A stretch of 64,000 bases of DNA, taken from assembly GCA_028868545.1 (NCBI GenBank), contig JAGWUF010000001.1, positions 26,204 to 90,203 on the forward strand, given 5' to 3'. Below the pieces are notes generated by a model that saw nothing but the letters and a program-made list of their open reading frames with translations, was not told where the DNA came from and did not search any database. The stretch comes from Lysobacteraceae bacterium. Lineage in GTDB: Bacteria; Pseudomonadota; Gammaproteobacteria; Xanthomonadales; Xanthomonadaceae. This document shows, piece after piece, positions 1 through 7,091 of the stretch. Each line of letters opens with the position of its first letter. Within the stretch, counting starts at the first letter, position 1. A program made the translations under genes and the position numbers.

Positions 1-632
1 GGCTGCGCGGCCCGGTTGGCACCGCGATCGAGCTGCTGGCCGGCATCCCCTCGATCATCTACGGCATGTGGGGCTTTTTCATCCTGATGCCGGTGATGCG
101 CGAGCTGCTGATCCCGTGGATGGACGAACACCTGGGCCCGCTGCCGGTGATCGGTACGCTGTTCCGCGGCCCGCCGATCGGCGCCGGCATGCTGACATCG
201 GGCTTGGTGCTTTCGATCATGGTGATTCCATTCATCGCCTCGACCATGCGCGAGGTGTTCCTGACCGTGCCGACCCGGCTGAAAGAGTCGGCCTACGCGC
301 TGGGTGCCACCAAATGGGAAGTGAGTTGGGACATCGTGCTGCCCTACACCCGTTCGGCGGTGATCGGCGGCGTGTTCCTCGGCCTTGGCCGCGCATTGGG
401 TGAAACCATGGCGGTGGCCTTCGTGATCGGCAACAGCGTGACCTTCACCGCCTCGCTGCTGGAGCCTTCCACCACCATCGCCGCACTGATCGCCAACGAC
501 TTCGGCGAAGCCACCGAAACCTATCGCTCCGCGTTGTTGTTGCTGGGCTTCGTGCTGTTCATGGTCACCTTCGTGGTGCTGGCGCTGGCACGCATGATGC
601 TCAGCAGCCTGGCGCGCAAGGAGGGCAACTGA
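1..632 (+). CDS. pstC: Phosphate ABC transporter permease PstC (5'-truncated by window edge)
   Basis: Frame is open from the window start (ELLAGIPSIIYG...); EAA-loop-like segment LKESAYALGAT and GRALGETMAV motif; stop overlaps the pstA start. Confidence 0.95.
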   Translation, partial: LRGPVGTAIELLAGIPSIIYGMWGFFILMPVMRELLIPWMDEHLGPLPVIGTLFRGPPIGAGMLTSGLVLSIMVIPFIASTMREVFLTVPTRLKESAYALGATKWEVSWDIVLPYTRSAVIGGVFLGLGRALGETMAVAFVIGNSVTFTASLLEPSTTIAALIANDFGEATETYRSALLLLGFVLFMVTFVVLALARMMLSSLARKEGN

Positions 633-1495
633 TGAACACCGCATCCGCATCCTTGCTGCGTCGCCGGAAACTGGTCAATGCCGTTGCGACCACGCTGGCC
701 TCTGCCGCCGCCGTGTTCGGGCTGCTGTTCCTCGGCTGGATCCTGTGGACGCTGGTGGCCAAGGGCATTGGCCACTTGAATCTGGCCCTGCTCATCCAGG
801 ATCAGCCCGCACCGATGGAATCCGGCGGCCTGCGCAATGCCATCGTCGGCAGCCTGCTGATGTGCGGCATCGGCGTGCTGATCGGCACCCCGCTGGGGAT
901 TGCCGCCGGCACCTGGCTGGCCGAAGTGGGCGGACACAGCCGGCTGGGGCTGGCGGTACGCTTCGTCAACGACATCCTGATGTCGGCGCCGTCGATCGTG
1001 CTGGGCCTGTTCGTGTATGCCGCCTTCGTGATGAACACCAACGGCAAGTTCTCGGCGTTCGCCGGCGGGCTGTCGCTGGCCTTCATCGTGTTGCCGGTGG
1101 TGGTTCGCACCACCGACGAAATGCTGCAGCTGGTGCCGGTACAGATGCGCGAAGCGGCGTTGTCGCTGGGCGTGCCGCAATGGAAGGTGACCTTGCAGGT
1201 GCTGTATCGCAGCGCCCTGCCCGGCATCGTCACCGGCATCCTGCTGGCGCTGGCACGCATCAGTGGCGAAACCGCGCCACTGCTGTTCACCGCCTTCGGC
1301 AACGAATTTTTCAGCCTCGACATCACCGGCGCCATGAGTGCGGTGCCGCTGACCATGTACAAATTCGCCGGCTCCGGCTTCGAAAACTGGGAACAGCTGG
1401 CCTGGGCCGGCGCCCTGCTGATCACCTTGTTCGTGCTGGCCATCAGCCTGCTGGCCCGTGCCATCCTCCTGCGCAATCGCGTTACCCATGAATGA
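632..1495 (+). CDS. pstA: Phosphate ABC transporter permease PstA
   Basis: Hydrophobic permease with [19 protein letters not shown] and [13 protein letters not shown] motifs; lies between pstC and pstB. Confidence 0.95.
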   Translation: MNTASASLLRRRKLVNAVATTLASAAAVFGLLFLGWILWTLVAKGIGHLNLALLIQDQPAPMESGGLRNAIVGSLLMCGIGVLIGTPLGIAAGTWLAEVGGHSRLGLAVRFVNDILMSAPSIVLGLFVYAAFVMNTNGKFSAFAGGLSLAFIVLPVVVRTTDEMLQLVPVQMREAALSLGVPQWKVTLQVLYRSALPGIVTGILLALARISGETAPLLFTAFGNEFFSLDITGAMSAVPLTMYKFAGSGFENWEQLAWAGALLITLFVLAISLLARAILLRNRVTHE

Positions 1496-2327
1496 CTTCC
1501 GGACCATTCCGATGCATGACGCCCATTTCAACACCGTGCACGCGCTGCAAGATGCCGCCACGGCCACCCCACCACCCGTGAAGCTGTCCGCACGCGGCCT
1601 GAATTTCTGGTACGACAAGTTCCATGCGGTGAAGAACATCGACCTGGATGTGCCCGAGAAACGCGTGACCGCGCTGATCGGCCCGTCCGGCTGCGGCAAG
1701 TCCACCCTGCTGCGCGTGTTCAACCGCATCTATGCCCTGTACCCGAAGCTGGTCGCCACCGGCGATATCCGGCTGGATGGCGAAAACATCCTGGCCCCGG
1801 ACTATTCCGTGAACCGCCTGCGCAGCAAGGTCGGCATGGTGTTCCAGAAGCCGGTACCGTTCCCGATGACCATCTACGAAAACGTGGCCTACGGCATTCG
1901 TCATCACGAAAGATTGTCGAAGGCGGAGATGGATGCGCGGGTGGAGGAGGCACTGCGTCAGGCAGCGCTGTGGGACGAAGTGAAGGACAAGCTGAAAGAC
2001 AGCGGGCTGGGCCTGTCCGGCGGCCAGCAGCAGCGCCTGTGCATCGCCCGTGCGGTGGCACTCAAGCCGGACGTGCTGTTGCTGGACGAACCCACTTCGG
2101 CGCTGGATCCGATTTCCACCGGCCGGATCGAACAACTGATCGAAGATCTCAAGCAGTCGTTCACCATCATGATCGTCACCCACAACATGCAGCAGGCCGC
2201 ACGCGTGTCCGATTACACCGCCTTCATGTACCTGGGCGATCTGATCGAACACGGCGCCACCGAGCAGATTTTCTCCACCCCGGTCAAGCAGCAGACCGAG
2301 GACTACATCACCGGGAGGTTCGGCTGA
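1488..2327 (+). CDS. pstB: Phosphate ABC transporter ATP-binding protein PstB
   Basis: Walker [10 protein letters not shown], signature [14 protein letters not shown], Walker [13 protein letters not shown]-terminal [10 protein letters not shown]. Start could be 1488 or 1512. Confidence 0.96.
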   Translation: MNDFRTIPMHDAHFNTVHALQDAATATPPPVKLSARGLNFWYDKFHAVKNIDLDVPEKRVTALIGPSGCGKSTLLRVFNRIYALYPKLVATGDIRLDGENILAPDYSVNRLRSKVGMVFQKPVPFPMTIYENVAYGIRHHERLSKAEMDARVEEALRQAALWDEVKDKLKDSGLGLSGGQQQRLCIARAVALKPDVLLLDEPTSALDPISTGRIEQLIEDLKQSFTIMIVTHNMQQAARVSDYTAFMYLGDLIEHGATEQIFSTPVKQQTEDYITGRFG

Positions 2328-3031
2328 TGAACGAACAGCACAATCACATCGTCAAAAGCCACGACGAAGAACAGACTGCCCTGCGCGACAGCCTGATCCG
2401 CATGGGGCAGCTGGCGGCCAGCCAGCTGGATGCAGCGCTGGATGCGGTGGCCCGCCGCGACGAGGCGGCCGCGCGCCGGATCATCGCCGCCGACGATGCC
2501 ATCGATCAGCTGGAGCAGCAGATCAACCACGACGTGATCCGCCTGATCCAGCGCGGCCCGCTGGCCAGCGACCTGCGCGTCATCCTCGCCGGCTTGCGCG
2601 TGGCCTCGGACATCGAACGCGTCGGCGATTATGCGGCGAACATCGCCAAGCGCTCGCTGGTGCTGAACCAGTCGCCGCCGCTGGCACAGACCCGCGGACT
2701 GAATGCGCTCGGCCGGTTGGCGGCGCAGCAGTTGCGCGATGTCCTGCAGGCCTATCTGCAGCGCGACGGCGAGGCCGCCCAACACGTGCGGGAGCGCGAT
2801 GCCGAGCTGGACACGCTCTACACCGGCATGTTCCGCGAACTTTTGACTTACATGATGGAAGACCCGCGCGCCATCACTGTCTGCACCCACCTGCTGTTCA
2901 TGGCCAAGAACCTGGAGCGCATCGGCGACCACGCCACCAATATCGCGGAAAACCTGTGGTTCCTGCTGCATGGCGATGCCCCCCTGCCGCCGCGCGACAA
3001 ACGCGACGACAGTTCGGCCGCTTCCAGCTGA
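2327..3031 (+). CDS. phoU: Phosphate signalling regulator PhoU
   Basis: Two PhoU repeats (DIERVGDYAANIA; NLERIGDHATNIAE); ATG overlaps the pstB TGA. Confidence 0.95.
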   Translation: MNEQHNHIVKSHDEEQTALRDSLIRMGQLAASQLDAALDAVARRDEAAARRIIAADDAIDQLEQQINHDVIRLIQRGPLASDLRVILAGLRVASDIERVGDYAANIAKRSLVLNQSPPLAQTRGLNALGRLAAQQLRDVLQAYLQRDGEAAQHVRERDAELDTLYTGMFRELLTYMMEDPRAITVCTHLLFMAKNLERIGDHATNIAENLWFLLHGDAPLPPRDKRDDSSAASS

Positions 3032-3037
3032 ATGCAG

Positions 3038-3091
3038 AACCCGCCGGGAATCGCGTCGCATCCGTTGGCGGGTTAGGATGGGCTTTCATCC
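3038..3091 (+). other. Two adjacent inverted repeats between phoU and the RiPP precursor gene
   Basis: AACCCGCC (3038-3045) pairs with GGCGGGTT (3067-3074); GGATG (3076-3080) pairs with CATCC (3087-3091). No U-tract follows. Confidence 0.5.
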
Positions 3092-3109
3092 CGACCCGCG
3101 AGGCAACCC

Positions 3110-3547
3110 ATGGCACAGCCCAACAAACCCTCTCTTCCGCTGATGCTGGCCGGTGCGGCCGTGGCGGCGGGTGCACTGTTCTCGATGCAGGCAATGGCGC
3201 ACGGCTATCTGCAGGACAGCGGCCAGGCCAAGCCCACCGCCAGCGAAGGCAAGTGCGGCGAAGGCAAATGCGGGGCGGGAATGAAGCAAGGCAAGGCACC
3301 GGCGAAGAACGCCAATGCCCCGGCTGCGCATCACGCATTCGGTGACCTCGACACCGACAAGGACGGCCGCATCTCGCGCAGCGAATTCGCCGCCGCGCAC
3401 GGCGGCAAGGACACCATGTTCCCGAAGATCGACAGCAATGGCGACGGCTTCATCAGCAAGGAAGAATTCGATGCCCACCATGCCGCCATGGGCAAGGCCA
3501 TGAGCGAAGGCAAATGCGGCGAGGGCAAGTGCGGCGGCAAGATGTAA
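3110..3547 (+). CDS. Secreted HvfA-like RiPP precursor (four EGKCG motifs) containing two EF-hand loops
   Basis: Signal peptide ending AMA; SEGKCGEGKCG near both ends; EF-hand loops DTDKDGRISRSE and DSNGDGFISKEE; directly upstream of DUF692 and DUF2063 genes. Confidence 0.85.
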   Translation: MAQPNKPSLPLMLAGAAVAAGALFSMQAMAHGYLQDSGQAKPTASEGKCGEGKCGAGMKQGKAPAKNANAPAAHHAFGDLDTDKDGRISRSEFAAAHGGKDTMFPKIDSNGDGFISKEEFDAHHAAMGKAMSEGKCGEGKCGGKM

Positions 3548-3553
3548 GCCGGC

Positions 3554-4378
3554 ATGGTTGAACCGCTGCCCCAGCGCAGCGCGGGCTTGGGCCTGCGCCG
3601 TGCGCTGCTGGATGAATTGATCGGGGCGCCTGCGGGCGCCTTCGATTTTCTGGAATGCGCGCCGGACAACTGGATCGGCGTCGGTGGCGCGCTCGGCGAG
3701 CAGCTGGAAACGCTGACGGCGCGGTATCCGCTCAGCTGCCACGGCCTGTCGCTGTCGCTGGGCGGCCCCGACCCGCTGGATCAGGCGTTCCTGCGCCAGA
3801 CCCGCGACTTCCTCGACCGCCACCGCTGCGCGCTCTACAGCGAACACCTGAGCTACTGTTCCGCCAACGGCCATCTCTACGACCTGCTGCCGCTGCCGTT
3901 CACCGACGAAGCGGTGACGCACGTCGCCGCACGCATCCGCCAGGTGCAGGACGCGCTGGGCCGCCGGATCGCGGTGGAAAACGTCAGCTACTACGCCGCG
4001 CCCTACCAGCAACTGTCCGAAATCGATTTCGTCGCTGCGGTGCTGGCCGAAGCCGGCTGCGACCTGCTGCTGGACGTGAACAACGTCTACGTCAACGCGA
4101 TCAACCACGGCTACGACGCGCGCGCCTTCATCAAGGCGATGCCGACGCAGCGCATCGCCAGCTACCACGTTGCCGGCCACTTCGACGAAGCCGACGACCT
4201 CAAGATCGACACCCACGGCACGGCGGTGAAGGACGACGTGTGGTCGCTGCTCGGCTACGCCTACGCCAGCCACGGCGTGCGCCCCACCCTGCTGGAACGC
4301 GACTTCAACTTCCCGCCGCTGCCGGTGCTGCTGGACGAAGTGGCGCGCATCCGCGCGCTGCAGGCGGCAGCGCCATGA
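3554..4378 (+). CDS. DUF692-family multinuclear non-heme iron oxidase (MNIO, HvfB/BufB-like)
   Basis: GLGLRR start, [57 protein letters not shown] and LLERD are all characteristic of DUF692. Confidence 0.93.
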   Translation: MVEPLPQRSAGLGLRRALLDELIGAPAGAFDFLECAPDNWIGVGGALGEQLETLTARYPLSCHGLSLSLGGPDPLDQAFLRQTRDFLDRHRCALYSEHLSYCSANGHLYDLLPLPFTDEAVTHVAARIRQVQDALGRRIAVENVSYYAAPYQQLSEIDFVAAVLAEAGCDLLLDVNNVYVNAINHGYDARAFIKAMPTQRIASYHVAGHFDEADDLKIDTHGTAVKDDVWSLLGYAYASHGVRPTLLERDFNFPPLPVLLDEVARIRALQAAAP

Positions 4379-5124
4379 GCGCGCTGCACGATCAGCTGCA
4401 CGCGCTGGCCGCGCACGTGCGCGACCCGGTCGCGCACGCCGGCCCGCCCGGCATCGAGGATCGGCGGCTGGCGGTCTATCGCGAGCTGGTGGCCAACAAC
4501 CTCGACGGCCTGCTGGCCGGCACCTTCCCGGTGATCCGCAGGACTCTGGGCGATGCCGACTGGCAGGCGCTGCTGCACCGCTTCCTCGTCGGCCACCGCA
4601 GCGAAACCCCGCTGTTCACCCGGCTGGGATTGGAGTTCATCGCCTTCCTCGAAGCCGCGGAAGAGCCCGCGCGGCCGTGGCTGACCGAGCTGGCGCATTA
4701 CGAATGGGCCGAGCTGGGCCTGCAGCTCAGCGATGCCGCGGCACCGCCGCACGTTCCCGACGGCGACCTGCTCGACGGCGTGCCGCTGCTGTCGCCGCTG
4801 GCCTGGCCGCTGGCCTACGTCTGGCCGGTGCACCGGCTCGGCCCGGACTGCCAGCCCGCCGAACCGCCGCCCGTTCCGACGCTGGTGCTGCTGCGCCGCG
4901 ATCCTGGCGGCCGCGTCCATTTCTCGCTGCTGTCGCCGCTGCTGTACCGGCTGCTGGCGCTGATTGGTGCCGACGACGGGCGCAGCGGCCACGCGCTGCT
5001 GCGCCAGCTGGCGGAGGAAGTCGGCCACCCGGATTTCGACGCGTTCCTCGGCGAAGCACTGCCGATGCTGGAACGGCTGCGCGCCGAGGGCGTGCTGCCG
5101 GGCACCGCGCCGCCGACGCGCTGA
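4375..5124 (+). CDS. DUF2063-family MNIO partner protein (HvfC/BufC-like)
   Basis: [13 protein letters not shown]...FPVIRRTLG and [10 protein letters not shown] motifs; ATGA overlap with the DUF692 stop. Confidence 0.88.
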   Translation: MSALHDQLHALAAHVRDPVAHAGPPGIEDRRLAVYRELVANNLDGLLAGTFPVIRRTLGDADWQALLHRFLVGHRSETPLFTRLGLEFIAFLEAAEEPARPWLTELAHYEWAELGLQLSDAAAPPHVPDGDLLDGVPLLSPLAWPLAYVWPVHRLGPDCQPAEPPPVPTLVLLRRDPGGRVHFSLLSPLLYRLLALIGADDGRSGHALLRQLAEEVGHPDFDAFLGEALPMLERLRAEGVLPGTAPPTR

Positions 5125-5165
5125 AAGCGATGTGGGCCAGCAGGCCGCTCTGCTAGGCTTTGCCG

Positions 5166-5858
5166 ATGACCGATACGCAAGATGTACCCGCCTTCGCGGC
5201 GATGGCCGCGCGCTTCCGCGGCTACCTGCCGGTAGTGGTGGATGTGGAAACCGGCGGCTTCGACTGGAACAAGCACGCCCTGCTGGAAATCGCGGCGATT
5301 CCGCTTGAACTGGATGCGGCCGGCCACTACGTGCCGGGCGAAGTCGCGCACGCGCACATCGCCCCCGCGCCCGGCACCAGCATCGACCCGAAGTCGCTGG
5401 AGGTCACCGGCATCAAGATCGGCCATCCGCTGCGCGGCGAGGTGGACGAGCGCAGCGGGCTGGACGCGATCTTCGTGCCGGTGCGCGCGGCGCTGAAGAA
5501 GCACGGCTGCCAGCGCGCCATCCTGGTGGGCCACAACGCCCACTTCGACCTCAACTTCCTCAACGCCGCGGTCGCTCGCGTGCAGCACAAGCGCAACCCG
5601 TTCCACCCGTTCAGCGTGTTCGACACGGTGACGATGGCCGGCCTGGCCTACGGCCAGACCGTGCTGGCACGCGCGGCGATGGCTGCCGGGCTGGGCTGGG
5701 ACCCCAGCCAGGCGCACTCGGCGGTGTACGACACCGAACAGACCGCGAAGTTGTTCTGTGCGATCGCAAATGCATGGCATAGGCCAAATCCCGCAGCGCA
5801 GGGCGGTTCGTCCGCATCGAGCGCGGGGACAATCGGCGCCATGGATGGCGCCGATTAG
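5166..5858 (+). CDS. rnt: Ribonuclease T (DEDDh exoribonuclease) with an atypical C-terminal tail
   Basis: [37 protein letters not shown] and [12 protein letters not shown] motifs. About 25 extra residues follow the NAW terminus I would expect. Confidence 0.95.
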   Translation: MTDTQDVPAFAAMAARFRGYLPVVVDVETGGFDWNKHALLEIAAIPLELDAAGHYVPGEVAHAHIAPAPGTSIDPKSLEVTGIKIGHPLRGEVDERSGLDAIFVPVRAALKKHGCQRAILVGHNAHFDLNFLNAAVARVQHKRNPFHPFSVFDTVTMAGLAYGQTVLARAAMAAGLGWDPSQAHSAVYDTEQTAKLFCAIANAWHRPNPAAQGGSSASSAGTIGAMDGAD

Positions 5859-5915
5859 CCTACATGGACGTACTTGCGGCGTGTCCCAAGCCGATGTGGG
5901 CGGAGCGCCCTGCGC
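5796..5915. repeat. ~120-bp nested inverted-repeat element (MITE/REP-like or structured RNA) overlapping the rnt 3' end
   Basis: Arms 5796-5819 and 5892-5915 are inverted repeats matching at 20 of 24 positions; GGGACA/TGTCCC inner stem; perfect 12-bp palindrome AATCGGCGCCAT-GG-ATGGCGCCGATT at 5831-5856; GTAG on the minus strand at 5863-5860. Confidence 0.75.
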
Positions 5916-5924
5916 GTAATGGAC

Positions 5925-6194
5925 TCACGCCTGCTTCGCCTGTGATTTCGTCCTGAGCGTCCGCACGATTCCGTAGGCGCTGATCGCCATCCACACGGCT
6001 TCCAGCACGAACACCGACACGTTGAACTTGCCCAGCAGCGACACCAGCACGCCACCGGAACCGAATAGGTTCAGCAACTGATAGACGATGCCGGTGCCGG
6101 ACAGCTTGCCGGCCTGCAGCAGGAAGAACGCCACCAGCACCGCCAGCGTGCCGGCGATGCCTACCCAGTCGTACCACGCCAGATTCAACGCCAT
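5925..6194 (-). CDS. Small three-helix membrane protein (CBU_0592-like)
   Basis: MALNLAWYDWVGIAG..., 89 aa with three hydrophobic segments and a YQLLNLFGS motif; ATG overlaps the rlmB stop. Confidence 0.7.
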   Translation of the reverse strand: MALNLAWYDWVGIAGTLAVLVAFFLLQAGKLSGTGIVYQLLNLFGSGGVLVSLLGKFNVSVFVLEAVWMAISAYGIVRTLRTKSQAKQA

Positions 6195-6940
6195 CACGCG
6201 CTCCTTTGCCGCACGGCCTCGAACAGCGCCACGCCGCTGGCCACCGACACGTTGAGGCTCTCGAAGCCGCCCGGCATCGGGATCTTCACCAGCTGGTCGC
6301 AGTTCTCGCGGGTGAGCCGGCGCAGGCCCTCGCCCTCGCTGCCCATCACCAGCGCCACGTTGCCCTTGAGGTCGATGGCATACAGCGACGCATCCGCCTC
6401 GCCGGCCAGCCCGTAAATCCACACGCCCATTTTTTGCAGATCGCGCAATGTGCGCGAGAGGTTGGTCACGCTGAAGATCGGCAGCGTGTCCGCCGCGCCG
6501 GCCGAGGTCTTGCGCACGGTGGCGTTGACCTGCACCGCCTTGTCCTTCGGAATCACCACCGCGGTCGCGCCCGCCGCCGCCGCGCTGCGCAGGCAGGCGC
6601 CGAGGTTGTGCGGGTCCTGCACGCCGTCCAGCACGAGGATCAGCGCGCTTCCCCCCGCGGCTTCGACCAACCCCGGCAACTCGTGCTCATCCCAGGTCTT
6701 GGCCGCGGCGTAGCGCGCCGCCGCGCCCTGGTGGCGCACCCCGCCGGCCACGCCGTCCAGCGCCTGCTGCGCCACCCGGCGCACGTCGATGTCCTTGCGC
6801 CGCGCCTGCTGTTCGATTTCGACGATGCGCGGATTCTTGCCGCCGGCTTCCAGCAGCACTTCGCGCACGTGTTCGGCGTCGTGCTCCAGCGCGGAAGCCA
6901 CCGCGTTCAGGCCGACGATCCATTGGGAGGATTTGCTCAT
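6194..6940 (-). CDS. rlmB: 23S rRNA (Gm2251) 2'-O-methyltransferase RlmB
   Basis: SPOUT motifs LDGVQDPHNLGACLRSA, GSEGEGLRRLT and ESLNVSVA; RHQG motif; lies downstream of rnr. Confidence 0.96.
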   Translation of the reverse strand: MSKSSQWIVGLNAVASALEHDAEHVREVLLEAGGKNPRIVEIEQQARRKDIDVRRVAQQALDGVAGGVRHQGAAARYAAAKTWDEHELPGLVEAAGGSALILVLDGVQDPHNLGACLRSAAAAGATAVVIPKDKAVQVNATVRKTSAGAADTLPIFSVTNLSRTLRDLQKMGVWIYGLAGEADASLYAIDLKGNVALVMGSEGEGLRRLTRENCDQLVKIPMPGGFESLNVSVASGVALFEAVRQRSA

Positions 6941-6987
6941 GCGGGTATTTTGCCCTGAGGGCTTCCGCTTTGGCGGATTGTGCTTGT

Positions 6988-7085
6988 CTCCTCCTGCGAA
7001 CGCAGGGGGTTGAGAGGGGGTGCTTTCGCATGGCTCGACCAAGAGCACCCCTCCCCAGCCCTCCCCTGCTTTGCAAGGGAGGGGG
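6988..7085. repeat. Inverted pair of GC-rich REP-like palindromic units between rnr and rlmB
   Basis: Unit 1 (+) is CTCCTCCTGC-GAAC-GCAGGGGGTTGAGAGGGGGTG. Unit 2, read on the minus strand, is CCCCCTCCCTTGC-AAA-GCAGGGGAGGGCTGGGGAGGGGTG. The two face each other across a ~25-nt spacer. Confidence 0.7.
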
Positions 7086-7091
7086 AAAACC

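Noticed and set aside
1-3031. Pho box
   Set aside because: The pst promoter and pstS lie upstream of the window, and I found no convincing CTGTCA-type direct repeat inside it.
6940-7048. N-terminal extensions in the ORF track for rlmB; likewise rnr, kdkA, GT9, gloB, pyrH, dnaQ, rnhA and rlmKL
   Set aside because: The extensions run through repeats or neighbouring genes. Conserved N-terminal motifs and -10 or Shine-Dalgarno positions support the shorter starts used here.
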